Source of the DNA: Flavobacteriaceae bacterium
GTDB lineage: Bacteria; Bacteroidota; Bacteroidia; Flavobacteriales; Flavobacteriaceae
Assembly (NCBI GenBank): GCA_049607205.1
Contig: JBMYWH010000004.1
Span: forward strand, 54,825 to 118,824
DNA: 64,000 bases
Direction: 5' to 3'
Position 1 is the stretch's first letter; the number at the start of each line of letters is the position of its first letter. Below the pieces are notes generated by a model. That model did no database searches. It was not told the DNA's origin and saw nothing but the letters and a program-made list of their open reading frames with translations. This document shows positions 27,520-37,576 of the stretch, piece by piece. Made by a program: the position numbers and the translations under genes.

Positions 27520-28181
27520 TTCGATTTCCTAAGAACTGCAAGGCTTGCTGCCTGTCCAGTTAATAGATTCCACTTCTTTGTGGATATCAATGCTCCATTT
27601 CCATCATATACGATGAATTGTGCCGTATTAGGTCCCGATACTCCTTGATTCATTGCTTGTATGTCAACTTGATTGAAACCGGGCTGTAAAGGGATTTCAA
27701 TAATGAAGAAATGACCATCCAAGAGAACATTAGATTTGTGCATTTTTCCATTGATATAAACTCTTACTCTGTCTCCATCAACATAAGCAAAATCTCTACA
27801 TTCAATTCGAACCGTTTTAGTATTGACTTCTAATTTTCCTAAGTATTGGGTAGTTTCAATTTTTGTATTCGAATTGTCTTTTCCATCCCAAAATTTAGGT
27901 ACGTAAACATCTTTTGGTGTTTCTTGTGGGACAAAGGAAATTTGTGATTTATTCTGTTTGGGAATATTATTAGCTGTGGGAGGTTTAAGTTTTGAAGGGT
28001 CTCCAGGGTTTAATGGAAGTTTGTTTACGCTCGCATTGGAACCTGAAGCTGCCGGGATACCGATCATTATTTTATCGGGACCAATAGTTCCGTCTTTGAT
28101 ATAACGAGTCGTGTCTTGCTTCTGTCCATAGACAGCAATAAAACTAGAAAAGATAAATAGTAAACTTAAAATTTTCTTCAT
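27516..28181 (-). CDS. hypothetical secreted protein
   Basis: Signal peptide (VYG|QKQ), Pro/Lys-rich linker, roughly 110-aa C-terminal beta-rich domain. No family recognised. Confidence 0.5.
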   Translation of the reverse strand: MKKILSLLFIFSSFIAVYGQKQDTTRYIKDGTIGPDKIMIGIPAASGSNASVNKLPLNPGDPSKLKPPTANNIPKQNKSQISFVPQETPKDVYVPKFWDGKDNSNTKIETTQYLGKLEVNTKTVRIECRDFAYVDGDRVRVYINGKMHKSNVLLDGHFFIIEIPLQPGFNQVDIQAMNQGVSGPNTAQFIVYDGNGALISTKKWNLLTGQAASLAVLRKSN

Positions 28182-28221
28182 GTTGTTAATATATCAAAAA
28201 TGGTTCCAGAGCCCAAGTCTA

Positions 28222-28800
28222 TTATAGTTTTTTAACAAATTTGTTTAAAATTACAATATGTTGTCCATCAACTTTTCCTTCTATTTGATCGGCGTTATCA
28301 TGAACCAATGAAATTCGTCTCACAGCTGTTCCACGTTTTGCGGTAAATCCACCCCCTTTCACATTGAGATCTTTGATTAAGACAACATTATCACCGTTTG
28401 CTAGTAATACGCCATTGGAATCTTTGTGGATTATTTTTTCCGAAGGATCATCTGCTTCACCAGTAGCTGCTGCAAATTTTTCTACTTCAGGTTCAAGATA
28501 CATCATATCCAGTAAGTCTTGAGGCCAACCTAAAGATTTAATTCTTTGTAGCATTCTCCAAGACATGACCTGCACCGCTGAATGCTCACTCCACATAGAA
28601 TCATTCAAACAGCGCCAGTGATTGGAATCCATATCCTGTTTCTCTTCAATTTGATCTCTACAGGTACTGCATAGCATCAAACAAGTATCAACACTTTCTG
28701 TTAAAGAAGGAGGAATGCGATATAAACTTACTTCCTCAGAAGATTGACATAATTCACATTGATCATTACTTCTTTCTTTCAACATTTGTATCATACTCAT
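28222..28800 (-). CDS. phnA: PhnA/YjdM-family zinc-ribbon protein
   Basis: N-terminal CxxC...CxxC zinc ribbon (CELCQS...CSTCRD). C-terminal PhnA domain (VIKDLNVKGGGFTAKRGTAVRRISLV...IEGKVDGQHIVI). Confidence 0.8.
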   Translation of the reverse strand: MSMIQMLKERSNDQCELCQSSEEVSLYRIPPSLTESVDTCLMLCSTCRDQIEEKQDMDSNHWRCLNDSMWSEHSAVQVMSWRMLQRIKSLGWPQDLLDMMYLEPEVEKFAAATGEADDPSEKIIHKDSNGVLLANGDNVVLIKDLNVKGGGFTAKRGTAVRRISLVHDNADQIEGKVDGQHIVILNKFVKKL

Positions 28801-28821
28801 AATATATAGGATTTAGGACTA

Positions 28822-28829
28822 CAAAAATA
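28822..28829 (-). promoter_or_regulatory. Bacteroidota -7 promoter box for phnA
   Basis: Minus-strand TATTTTTG, 21 nt upstream of the ATG (28798-28800). Confidence 0.4.
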
Positions 28830-28841
28830 CAATTTTATTGC

Positions 28842-29855
28842 TTAGAGTTCCCAACCAAAACCTGTAGTAAGTACATAATCTGACTTAGAACCGTCACTCG
28901 GTCTAGAGTCATAGTTTAAGTTTAAATCAAGATTGATATAAAAGTCTAAAGGGAGGTCATATTTAGTTGTTAAGCTATAGTCTATCCTCCATCTTGGTAG
29001 TGATTCTCTGCTGTAGTAAGTCTGTAGTGTGGTGTTTAAAGAGATATTGCCTACATCAAATAGATTTAAAGTAGAACCGGCATACCCTTCCCAACTATTG
29101 CTAGGTGAACTGTCATTGTAGTACATTTCTCGGTTTGAGTTGGTTCCAATTTGAAAGGCCCAATAGGTATGGTTGGTGTGAATAATGAATTTACCTATAC
29201 CAGCAGAGCTGTTCAAACGAAAGTCAAGATTTTGCTCCGTATTAGAAAGGGTAGAAAGTGAGCCTACTATAAAATAATCACGTGGGAGATAATACCTTAA
29301 GCTTAAACTTCCATTTTGTCTTGAAATATCTGCAGCATTGTCTTGTATAGAGTTTAGTCCTGAATAACTTATATCCGTGGACCATTTTTTCCCCAGATAG
29401 CCCATATTTGAGTTGAAGGACAACTGTCTGTAGTTATTTGACTTTGTAATATTCAAGCCTATATCAAAGGAAGCGTAGGCCTGATCAAGAAAGCGGTCTT
29501 TTAATGTGTTGAGATAGATGATTTGTGCCTTGGTATATGAATAGACCTCGTCTTCTGATGTTCTTACCTGAATTTTTCCATTGGAGAGCGTTTTTAGGTA
29601 ACCTTCAAATCGCCTTCCATCAGAAGTAGACACTAGAAAATGAACTTTCGAAGAGATGTAGGTGACCTTCTCCCATTCAATTTTAAAATCACTGTCAGAA
29701 TAAGAAGTAGATACAGTTAGCACTCCTTTATCCAATTTCTTGATTTCACCTTTTAAGTATTGGTCTTTTGAAAATCGAATGCTGTCATTTTGTGCACTTA
29801 AGTTTCCAATAGAACACAGTATTAATAATAGTATGCCTAAACTTTTAATCGACAT
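28842..29855 (-). CDS. outer-membrane beta-barrel protein (DUF481-like)
   Basis: Signal peptide (LSA|QND). N-terminal roughly 100-aa soluble domain, then alternating amphipathic strands ending in ...TTGFGWEL. Family assignment from memory, tentative. Confidence 0.6.
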   Translation of the reverse strand: MSIKSLGILLLILCSIGNLSAQNDSIRFSKDQYLKGEIKKLDKGVLTVSTSYSDSDFKIEWEKVTYISSKVHFLVSTSDGRRFEGYLKTLSNGKIQVRTSEDEVYSYTKAQIIYLNTLKDRFLDQAYASFDIGLNITKSNNYRQLSFNSNMGYLGKKWSTDISYSGLNSIQDNAADISRQNGSLSLRYYLPRDYFIVGSLSTLSNTEQNLDFRLNSSAGIGKFIIHTNHTYWAFQIGTNSNREMYYNDSSPSNSWEGYAGSTLNLFDVGNISLNTTLQTYYSRESLPRWRIDYSLTTKYDLPLDFYINLDLNLNYDSRPSDGSKSDYVLTTGFGWEL

Positions 29856-29858
29856 TTT

Positions 29859-30260
29859 TTAGGTTTTGGTTCTCTCAATTTTATAGACAAAATACTTAGT
29901 ATCTCCCCTCCAAAACAATCTCATATATTTTTCTTTATAGTAAATATTGACACGTTCTCCTGATAAGGATGCGGCTCTTAAGTCCTCTAACAATTCCGGG
30001 TCATCCTTAACGATACTAAACATAAAGGTTTGAGACAGTTGATTGTTGGCCTTAATAGCACCAAAAGTGTCAATGTCGAGTTGGCCTTCAAGCGTTTTAA
30101 ATATGGTACCACGTTTAGATATTTTCACAACTTTACCAGATCTGAACCCATCACTGTAATTCATTGTTGCAGCCAAGAAAATGAATAGGGCTCCAATTCC
30201 TAGGACAATTGCGATAATTTTAATTATAGTAGATTTCATATGATTAGTTTTTGAACTCAT
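29859..30260 (-). CDS. small membrane-anchored hypothetical protein
   Basis: 133 aa, single N-terminal TM (IIKIIAIVLGIGALFIFLAA) and a roughly 95-aa soluble part. Overlaps the decarboxylase gene by 17 nt and lies 3 nt from the barrel gene. Confidence 0.5.
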   Translation of the reverse strand: MSSKTNHMKSTIIKIIAIVLGIGALFIFLAATMNYSDGFRSGKVVKISKRGTIFKTLEGQLDIDTFGAIKANNQLSQTFMFSIVKDDPELLEDLRAASLSGERVNIYYKEKYMRLFWRGDTKYFVYKIERTKT

Positions 30261-31470
30261 TGATAAAAGCCTCGAGGTGTTGGATTTCTACATGATCCAT
30301 AATTACAATTTTATACCATTGGTTGTCACCAGTGTGAGTCTTGGGAACTAAATCATACTTCTCTGCAATTTCGACAGGGATGGGACTAGACTTCATGGTA
30401 ACAATATTAAGTTTAGGGTGGCGATAATATTCAAAACCCAATCGATCTAATTGGTTACACAACCAATCTGTTCGCATTCTCAAGATAGCAATTTTTTCAA
30501 ACCATCCATGTGGACCGTATGTGAATAGAATCATCCATACAGCAATGGCATTTGAACCAGATCGACTTCCGCATAAAGTTAAGTCCATTCCTTCAACGTA
30601 TTGGGCTTCTTTAGTCAGTACGTTCTGTATTAGATTTTTTCTACACATAAAAACTCCTGTTCCATAAGGAGCTTGAAGCATTTTATGAGCATCAATAGTT
30701 ATGGAACTTACGTTCTCATTCGCAAAATTCAGATTACTCTCAGGATTATCGAAAGGGAAAATGAAGCCTCCAAATGCTCCATCGAGATGAATCTTAAAGT
30801 CAACTTCTTGATCTTTTAATACCTCCGCGTATAGATCTGGATCATCAACAGAGCCGAACATGGTGGTTGCCATATTAGCAATTACGATAAAATATTTTTT
30901 ACCTTCTTGTTTTGCTTGAGATACTGTTTGATTTAGAACTTCTTTTTGAATCATCCTAGTTTCAAAATCAACAGGAATACTAATGAGGTCAATATCTAGG
31001 AGATTTGCACCTTTTGGAATAGAATAATGTGTGTCTTCTGAGGCTAGAATTACGATTTCACTTGACTTTGCTTCTAAACGATGTTTGTAGTAGTTTCTGT
31101 ATACCCAAATGGCCTGAATGTTAGCTTCGGTTCCCCCAGTTGCGATGTATCCATCAAATTCTTCCGGTTGAGCCTTAAAGACATCTACTGCAAGAACTGA
31201 AAGTGCCTCTCTTTCAATTTCATGAGTTCCTTTGAAGGCTTTTTCCGAAGTTCCTAAGGTGTGGCAACCAATGTTATTCGGGTTAGCTACAAAACTTCTC
31301 AATACTGGAGCGTCTTTTAAAAAGGGAGCGTTGTCATAAAATACGTTTCCATCTAATTTAGAAGCTGGATACCCGAGTGATATGTCTTTTGAGAAATTTA
31401 CATTTGAAGCAAGTGCCTCGTCTATTCTATTACTGAGTTGATTATCCGTCAGCTTTTTCCAATAATGCAT
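30244..31470 (-). CDS. group II PLP-dependent amino-acid decarboxylase (MfnA/GadB-like), substrate unknown
   Basis: TGGTEANIQAIW, PLP-lysine context SITIDAHKMLQAPYGTGVF, 408 aa. Confidence 0.85.
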   Translation of the reverse strand: MHYWKKLTDNQLSNRIDEALASNVNFSKDISLGYPASKLDGNVFYDNAPFLKDAPVLRSFVANPNNIGCHTLGTSEKAFKGTHEIEREALSVLAVDVFKAQPEEFDGYIATGGTEANIQAIWVYRNYYKHRLEAKSSEIVILASEDTHYSIPKGANLLDIDLISIPVDFETRMIQKEVLNQTVSQAKQEGKKYFIVIANMATTMFGSVDDPDLYAEVLKDQEVDFKIHLDGAFGGFIFPFDNPESNLNFANENVSSITIDAHKMLQAPYGTGVFMCRKNLIQNVLTKEAQYVEGMDLTLCGSRSGSNAIAVWMILFTYGPHGWFEKIAILRMRTDWLCNQLDRLGFEYYRHPKLNIVTMKSSPIPVEIAEKYDLVPKTHTGDNQWYKIVIMDHVEIQHLEAFINEFKN

Positions 31471-31489
31471 TTTAACCTATTTTGAATGA

Positions 31490-31497
31490 CAAAGTTA
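31490..31497 (-). promoter_or_regulatory. Bacteroidota -7 promoter box for the decarboxylase operon
   Basis: Minus-strand TAACTTTG, 19 nt upstream of the ATG (31468-31470). Confidence 0.45.
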
Positions 31498-31529
31498 AGA
31501 AAGCATTGTCAAATGCCCTATTTTTCTCT

Positions 31530-31537
31530 TAAATTTG
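31530..31537 (+). promoter_or_regulatory. Bacteroidota -7 promoter box for uvrC
   Basis: TAAATTTG, 19 nt upstream of ATG 31557. Confidence 0.45.
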
Positions 31538-31556
31538 CTTAAATCAACCATCATTT

Positions 31557-33344
31557 ATGTCTGACCCACTTAAGTTACAACTCAAAACCTTACCTGAGGC
31601 TCCTGGAGTCTATCAATACTTTGATTCGACAGATCAGATTATTTATGTTGGCAAGGCAAAAAACTTAAAGAAACGGGTCAATTCCTATTTCAATAAAACC
31701 CATGATTATGGGAAAACAAAAGTTTTAGTTTCGAAGATAAAGAGATTGGAGTTTATCGTCGTGGAAACGGAAACAGATGCCTTGCTCTTAGAGAACAACT
31801 TGATTAAAAAATATCAGCCTAGGTATAATATTTTACTTAAGGATGATAAGTCATATCCATGGATCTGTATTAAAAAGGAGCGTTTTCCTAGAGTATTTAT
31901 GACCCGAAATATTATCAAGGATGGATCTGAATATTTCGGACAATATACTTCGGTGAGAATGGTTCGTGCACTCTTAGACCTGATCAAAGAATTATACCCT
32001 TTGAGAACTTGTAATTATGATTTGTCTGAGGCTAATATTGACTCAGGGAAGTATAAAGTCTGCCTTGAGTATCATTTAGGAAACTGTTTAGGACCTTGCG
32101 AAGGTTATCAGGATCTCGAAGATTACATGGAAGGGGTTAAGGCTATTCGCCAAATTCTTAAAGGTAATTTTAAAGAGTCAATAAATGCTTTGACCCATAA
32201 AATGATGAATTTTGCTGAATCAATGGATTTTGAGCAAGCCCAACTTTTTAAAGAAAAATTAAGTCAATTGAGTGCCTATCAGTCCAAATCTACTGTGGTT
32301 AACCCTAGTATATCGAATGTAGACGTGTTTTCAATTGTCTCTGATGAGTCCTATGCCTATGTTAATTTTCTAAAAGTGATGAATGGAGCGGTAATCCAGG
32401 CCCATACAATGGAGATTAAGAAGAAGTTGGATGAGAGTGATCAGGCTATTTTAGGACTTGCAATTATTGAGTTAAGAGAGCGATTTAAGTCTCAAACAAA
32501 AGATGTTTACCTCCCTTTTGAAATGTCAATTTCACCGGAGATTAAAATTTTTGTACCTAAGTTAGGGGATAAGCGAAAACTTGTTGAAATGTCTATTAGG
32601 AATGCTAAATATTATAGACAAGAGCAGTTGAAGCAGACGAAAATAGTTGATCCAGAGAGGCATTCAAAAAGAATTATGGAACAGCTCAGAAAAGATTTAA
32701 ACCTTTCTAAGCTTCCTGTTCATATTGAGTGCTTTGATAACTCTAATATTCAAGGAAGCCATCCGGTTGCGGCTTGTGTTGTTTTTAAAAACGCTAAGCC
32801 TAGTAAAAAAGACTACAGACATTTTAATATTAAAACAGTTGAAGGACCTGATGATTTTGCATCTATGGAGGAGGTAGTTTTCAGAAGGTATAAGCGTCTT
32901 ATGGAAGAGGATCAACCTCTTCCTCAATTGATTGTTATTGATGGAGGGAAAGGACAATTAAGTTCTGCTCTTAAGAGTCTTGATTTGTTAGGATTGCGAG
33001 GGAAAATAGCCATTGTAGGTATTGCCAAGAGATTAGAAGAGATTTTTTACCCAGATGACCCCATTCCTTTGTATCTTGATAAAACATCTGAATCTTTGAA
33101 GTTGATTCAGTATATGAGGAATGAGGCCCATAGATTTGGGATTACGTTCCACAGGAATAAACGTTCTAAATCAGCCATTCATTCTTCTCTTGATGAAATC
33201 AAAGGAGTAGGTGAAAAAACAGTAGTGAAATTATTGTCAGACTTTAAGTCTGTAAAAAATATTAAGGCAGCAAGTCTTAAAGAATTAGAAAAATCAGTTG
33301 GATTATCCAGAGCTCAATTAATTAAACAACATTTTAGCAAATGA
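31557..33344 (+). CDS. uvrC: excinuclease ABC subunit C
   Basis: GIY-YIG (GVYQYFDSTDQIIYVGKAKNLKKRVNSYF), UVR domain, C-terminal endonuclease and HhH. Confidence 0.96.
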   Translation: MSDPLKLQLKTLPEAPGVYQYFDSTDQIIYVGKAKNLKKRVNSYFNKTHDYGKTKVLVSKIKRLEFIVVETETDALLLENNLIKKYQPRYNILLKDDKSYPWICIKKERFPRVFMTRNIIKDGSEYFGQYTSVRMVRALLDLIKELYPLRTCNYDLSEANIDSGKYKVCLEYHLGNCLGPCEGYQDLEDYMEGVKAIRQILKGNFKESINALTHKMMNFAESMDFEQAQLFKEKLSQLSAYQSKSTVVNPSISNVDVFSIVSDESYAYVNFLKVMNGAVIQAHTMEIKKKLDESDQAILGLAIIELRERFKSQTKDVYLPFEMSISPEIKIFVPKLGDKRKLVEMSIRNAKYYRQEQLKQTKIVDPERHSKRIMEQLRKDLNLSKLPVHIECFDNSNIQGSHPVAACVVFKNAKPSKKDYRHFNIKTVEGPDDFASMEEVVFRRYKRLMEEDQPLPQLIVIDGGKGQLSSALKSLDLLGLRGKIAIVGIAKRLEEIFYPDDPIPLYLDKTSESLKLIQYMRNEAHRFGITFHRNKRSKSAIHSSLDEIKGVGEKTVVKLLSDFKSVKNIKAASLKELEKSVGLSRAQLIKQHFSK

Positions 33345-35560
33345 AAGCTAACCACCTAGTAATTTGTATTATATCTATTTTTAACATTGGATTTTTAAGC
33401 GCACAAACGACCGAATTGTATTCTAAAGATGAGCTCAAGGTTGGTTTAGTTCTAAGTGGAGGAGGTGCAAAAGGGCTTTCTCATATCGGAGTTATTAAAG
33501 AATTAGAGAAGAATGGAGTCCGAATTGACTATATAGGAGGGACTTCCATGGGAGCTATTATTGGGGCCTTGTATTCCGTAGGATATAGTCCTGACGAGAT
33601 GGTTGAGATAATTAAGACTACAGATTTTGACGCAGTGTTATCTGATGATGTGGATCGTAGATATAAATCTCTATTTGACAAAGAGAACGGTGAGAAATAC
33701 GCGCTTACCTTACCTATAGTAAATAAAAAGTTAGGTTTACCTCTTTCTGTCAGTAGAGGACAAGGGGTGTTAAATCTGTTGACAAAACTATTTGAGCCTG
33801 TTGATTCAATTTCTGATTTCTCTCAATTACCAATTCCTTTTTATTGTATAGCGACTAACGTAGCGGATGGAAGTATGGAGGTTTTAGACTCAGGGTCCTT
33901 GCCTTTAGCGGTTCGAGCCAGTGGTTCTTTTCCAACATTCTTTCAACCTGTGGAAATTGATGATGAACTTTATATTGATGGAGGTTTGGTGTCTAATTTT
34001 CCTGTAAAAGAAATGAGAAAACGAGGTGTTGATGTAATTATTGGAGTTGATGTTCAGAGCCAGTTATTACCCGTTTCACAAGTTAATTCTGTACTAGATT
34101 TGTTGGATCAAATTATTTCATTTGGAATGTATGAGAAGTCGGCAGAAGAAAAACCTTATGCAGATATTTATATACATCCAGATATCGAAGGCTTGTCTAC
34201 CTTTACTTTTGGAGACCCTACGCGAATCGTTAGTTTGGGGAGTACTGAGGCGGCAAAAAACTCTGTTGCTTTGAAGAAGTTAGCGGAAATTCAAGGGAGT
34301 CATACTCCAATTGAACGTTCAGGTGTGGTTTTAGAAAATAAAACCTTTGTCATAAGTGATATTGTTATTGAAGGGAATAAGGAGTATACTAAGAAATATT
34401 TATTGAAGAAAATTGGTATACAAATTGGTGATGAGATAAGCTATGAGGAATTTAATAATCGTATGCAGAGTGTCACTTATCAAGGTACAATAGAGCGCAT
34501 GAGTTACAGAATTGATAAAAATGAAAATTCCGAGTGGGTTCTGAAAATTGATATTAAAGAAAGCAAAGTGCATTCCTTTTTGAAATTAGCTGTGCACTAC
34601 GATCCATTATATCAGACAGGGGTCCTACTCAACGGGACTTCGTATCATTTTCTTCAAAAGAATGATGTCATTAGCGCTGATGTCGTTGTTGGAGATAACT
34701 TGAGGTATAATGTTAATTACTTCTCTGATAATGGTGGGATATTTGGATATGGTTTAAATGCTCGTTACAATACTTTTTCAGATAATGTAGCGGTAGATAT
34801 TGAGGGTTTTAATAAGATTAATATAGATTATACAGATTTTACTGAGAATATATACGCTGAGGCAGTTTTTGCTTCAAAGTTTGCCTTTGGTTTAGGAGTA
34901 GAACACAAATATATTAATGCGAATACAGAGACCTTAGAGACGGAAAATGATGAGCCTTATTACATGGATAAAAGTCATTATTTCAATACGTTTGGTTATT
35001 TAAAGGCTGATACTTTTGACAGAAGTTATTATCCTAAACATGGAATGTATTTAAATGCTTCTTATGATGTTTATATTGCTTCTTCCGACTTTAATAATGA
35101 CTTCAAGCCTTTTTCTCAATTAAAGTTTGATTACCGTGTCGTTGGTTCTTTTTTAAAGGATAAGCTAACACTTGACTTTAGTGCGGGTGGAGGTGTTACT
35201 TTGAGAAATAGTCTTTTTGCCTTTGATTATTTTGGTGGTGGTTATGGGGAGAACTATATCAATAACTTCATCCCTTTATACGGTTATGATTTTGCGGCGG
35301 TATACGGGGATTCTTATGCAAAATTAGGATTGGATGTACGATATGAAGTTTTGAAAAAATCTCATTTATTAATTGGTGCTAATGCGGGTAGATTTAGTGA
35401 TTCTCTTTTCCAAGGACAAACACCATTCGAAGATATAGACTTCGGATTTGCTGCAGGAGTGGGGCTTCAATCCATAATTGGTCCTATTGATTTAAAATAC
35501 GGTTTTTCACCGGTTACCGGTAGATCACAATGGTATTTTGATTTAGGATTTTGGTTCTAA
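33341..35560 (+). CDS. patatin-like phospholipase fused to POTRA + Omp85-type beta-barrel (PlpD/type Vd-like)
   Basis: GGGAKG and GTSMGA patatin motifs. POTRA-like segment (ISDIVIEGNKEYTKKYLLKKIGIQIGDEISYEEF). C-terminal barrel ending in DLGFWF. ATGA overlap with uvrC. Confidence 0.85.
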   Translation: MKANHLVICIISIFNIGFLSAQTTELYSKDELKVGLVLSGGGAKGLSHIGVIKELEKNGVRIDYIGGTSMGAIIGALYSVGYSPDEMVEIIKTTDFDAVLSDDVDRRYKSLFDKENGEKYALTLPIVNKKLGLPLSVSRGQGVLNLLTKLFEPVDSISDFSQLPIPFYCIATNVADGSMEVLDSGSLPLAVRASGSFPTFFQPVEIDDELYIDGGLVSNFPVKEMRKRGVDVIIGVDVQSQLLPVSQVNSVLDLLDQIISFGMYEKSAEEKPYADIYIHPDIEGLSTFTFGDPTRIVSLGSTEAAKNSVALKKLAEIQGSHTPIERSGVVLENKTFVISDIVIEGNKEYTKKYLLKKIGIQIGDEISYEEFNNRMQSVTYQGTIERMSYRIDKNENSEWVLKIDIKESKVHSFLKLAVHYDPLYQTGVLLNGTSYHFLQKNDVISADVVVGDNLRYNVNYFSDNGGIFGYGLNARYNTFSDNVAVDIEGFNKINIDYTDFTENIYAEAVFASKFAFGLGVEHKYINANTETLETENDEPYYMDKSHYFNTFGYLKADTFDRSYYPKHGMYLNASYDVYIASSDFNNDFKPFSQLKFDYRVVGSFLKDKLTLDFSAGGGVTLRNSLFAFDYFGGGYGENYINNFIPLYGYDFAAVYGDSYAKLGLDVRYEVLKKSHLLIGANAGRFSDSLFQGQTPFEDIDFGFAAGVGLQSIIGPIDLKYGFSPVTGRSQWYFDLGFWF

Positions 35561-35633
35561 TGTTAACTTAATGTTACCTAAAGTTTGATTTAATGTAAAA
35601 ATCTTGTACCTTTAAAGTGTTAAATTAAAGATT

Positions 35634-35963
35634 ATGAGAAATTTACTATTGATATTGAGTGTTGTTTTATTGAGTTCTACAGTGTGGGCAGCTAATCCTC
35701 CACAGGATTTGTTCGAGGTTGAAGGCAATCAAGTTAAGAAAACAAGTTACTATGAGAACGGTGAGATCAAGCAAGTAGGATTCTTTTTGAACAACGAGTT
35801 GGATGGACAATGGGTTTCCTATGATAAAAATGGGGATATTAAAACCATTGCGTTTTATAAAAATGGGAAGAAAGATGGTGTATGGACCTATGTTAAGGCA
35901 GGAGAGGTTACTAATGTAGCGTATAAAGACAATAAAATTATTGAGGTGAAAAAACTCAAATAA
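35634..35963 (+). CDS. MORN-variant repeat protein (YwqK-like)
   Basis: Signal peptide. Repeats YYENGEIKQVGFF..ELDGQWVSYDKNGDIKTIAFYKNGKKDGVWTY. Confidence 0.65.
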   Translation: MRNLLLILSVVLLSSTVWAANPPQDLFEVEGNQVKKTSYYENGEIKQVGFFLNNELDGQWVSYDKNGDIKTIAFYKNGKKDGVWTYVKAGEVTNVAYKDNKIIEVKKLK

Positions 35964-35981
35964 TTGTAAATAAAAGACAAT

Positions 35982-36019
35982 AAAAAAGCCATTTACTAAA
36001 AAGTAAATGGCTTTTTTTT
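35982..36019. terminator. bidirectional Rho-independent terminator (MORN gene / rng convergent)
   Basis: GCCATTTACT / AGTAAATGGC stem, AAAA loop, A6 on the left and T8 on the right. Confidence 0.8.
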
Positions 36020-36025
36020 GTGATC

Positions 36026-37576
36026 TTAATTTTGCTTCTTTTTCGATACGTATTCTTTTTTGAATTTGTATTGAAGGTATTGATAGGCATCTCTTGGTTG
36101 CAACTTAACCCATTTCTTATACTGGAAGAACCACTTCAATCGAATAGAAGGGAATCCTTTCTCCAGATAGGATATTATAAATGGATGAGCGTGCAGCGTT
36201 ATTGATTTAAACTTGTTCTTAGAATTTAATTGTTTTTCCAATTCATGTTCTAATTGATCAACAAGTACAATAGGTGCTTCTACTTCTCCATTTTTATTAG
36301 GATTAGGTTCACGTGTTTTGATATCCATTTCTGGTCTCACACGTTGTCTAGTAATCTGAATTAACCCAAATTTACTAGGTGGAAGAATCTTGTGTTTAGT
36401 ACGATCAAATGACATTTCATTTTTGAGATGTTCAAACAATTTCTGTTTGTTCTCATTTTTATGCATGTCAATGAAATCTACAACTATAATTCCTCCCATA
36501 TCTCGTAATTGAAGCTGTCTTGCAATTTCAGTAGCAGCGATAAGGTTCACCTCTAAAGCAGTCTCTTCTTGAGAATTGGCTCTATTAGATCTATTTCCAC
36601 TATTTACATCAACTACGTGCAATGCTTCGGTATGCTCTATAACTAAATAAGCCCCTTTACTCATGGAAACTGTTTTTCCGAAAGAGGTTTTAATTTGGCG
36701 TTCAATTCCATATTTTTCAAAAATAGGAGTTGAACTATCATAGTGCTTTACGATAGATGCTTTTTCAGGATAAATTTCTTCTAAATAATCCTGAATTTCA
36801 AACGAAAGTTCTTCATCATTTGTAACAATACTTGTAAAAGACTCATTCAAAACATCTCTTAGAATAGAGGATGCTCTGTTTAATTCGCTCAAAATCTTAG
36901 TTGGAGTGTTACTGTTAGCAATGTGCTTACAGAGGTGAATCCAACGATTCATCGAATTTTGTAAATCTTTATCTAGCTCAGCTACCTTTTTACCTTCAGC
37001 TACGGTTCTTAAAATAACACCGAATCCTTTTGGTTTTATGCTTTTTGCTAGTCGTTTTAATCTTTCTTTTTCCTTAGGGTCTTCTATTTTCTGAGAAACC
37101 GAAATTCGATTTGAAAAAGGGACTAAAACTAAATATCTACCCGCTATGGCTAATTCAGAACTAATTCTTGGTCCTTTTGTAGATATAGGTTCTTTTACAA
37201 CTTGTACTAAAATGTTTTGTCCAGGCTTCAGAACTTCAGTGATACTTCCATCTTTATTGATGTCTTTTTCCATCTGAAAATTCTTCAACTTGAAGTCTTT
37301 CATTTTTCCTGTGCCTACCTGTTTAATAAACTTCATTAAGGATTGAAACTGAGCTCCTAAATCATGGTAGTGTAAAAATCCATCTTTAGGATATCCTACA
37401 TTTACGAATGAAGCATTAAGCCCAGAAAGTACTTTTCCAGATTTGGCGAGAAAGATATCTCCCACTGAAAATTTATTTCCGTTAGTTTCCTTATTGAGTT
37501 CTATTAATTTACCGTCCTTTAAAAGGGCAAAATCAATTTCGGATGAATTGGATCGAATAATCAATTCTGTTTTCAT
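36026..37576 (-). CDS. rng: ribonuclease E/G family protein
   Basis: N-terminal S1 domain and RNase E/G catalytic core (VVDVNSG, DMGGIIVVDFIDM), 516 aa. Confidence 0.9.
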   Translation of the reverse strand: MKTELIIRSNSSEIDFALLKDGKLIELNKETNGNKFSVGDIFLAKSGKVLSGLNASFVNVGYPKDGFLHYHDLGAQFQSLMKFIKQVGTGKMKDFKLKNFQMEKDINKDGSITEVLKPGQNILVQVVKEPISTKGPRISSELAIAGRYLVLVPFSNRISVSQKIEDPKEKERLKRLAKSIKPKGFGVILRTVAEGKKVAELDKDLQNSMNRWIHLCKHIANSNTPTKILSELNRASSILRDVLNESFTSIVTNDEELSFEIQDYLEEIYPEKASIVKHYDSSTPIFEKYGIERQIKTSFGKTVSMSKGAYLVIEHTEALHVVDVNSGNRSNRANSQEETALEVNLIAATEIARQLQLRDMGGIIVVDFIDMHKNENKQKLFEHLKNEMSFDRTKHKILPPSKFGLIQITRQRVRPEMDIKTREPNPNKNGEVEAPIVLVDQLEHELEKQLNSKNKFKSITLHAHPFIISYLEKGFPSIRLKWFFQYKKWVKLQPRDAYQYLQYKFKKEYVSKKKQN

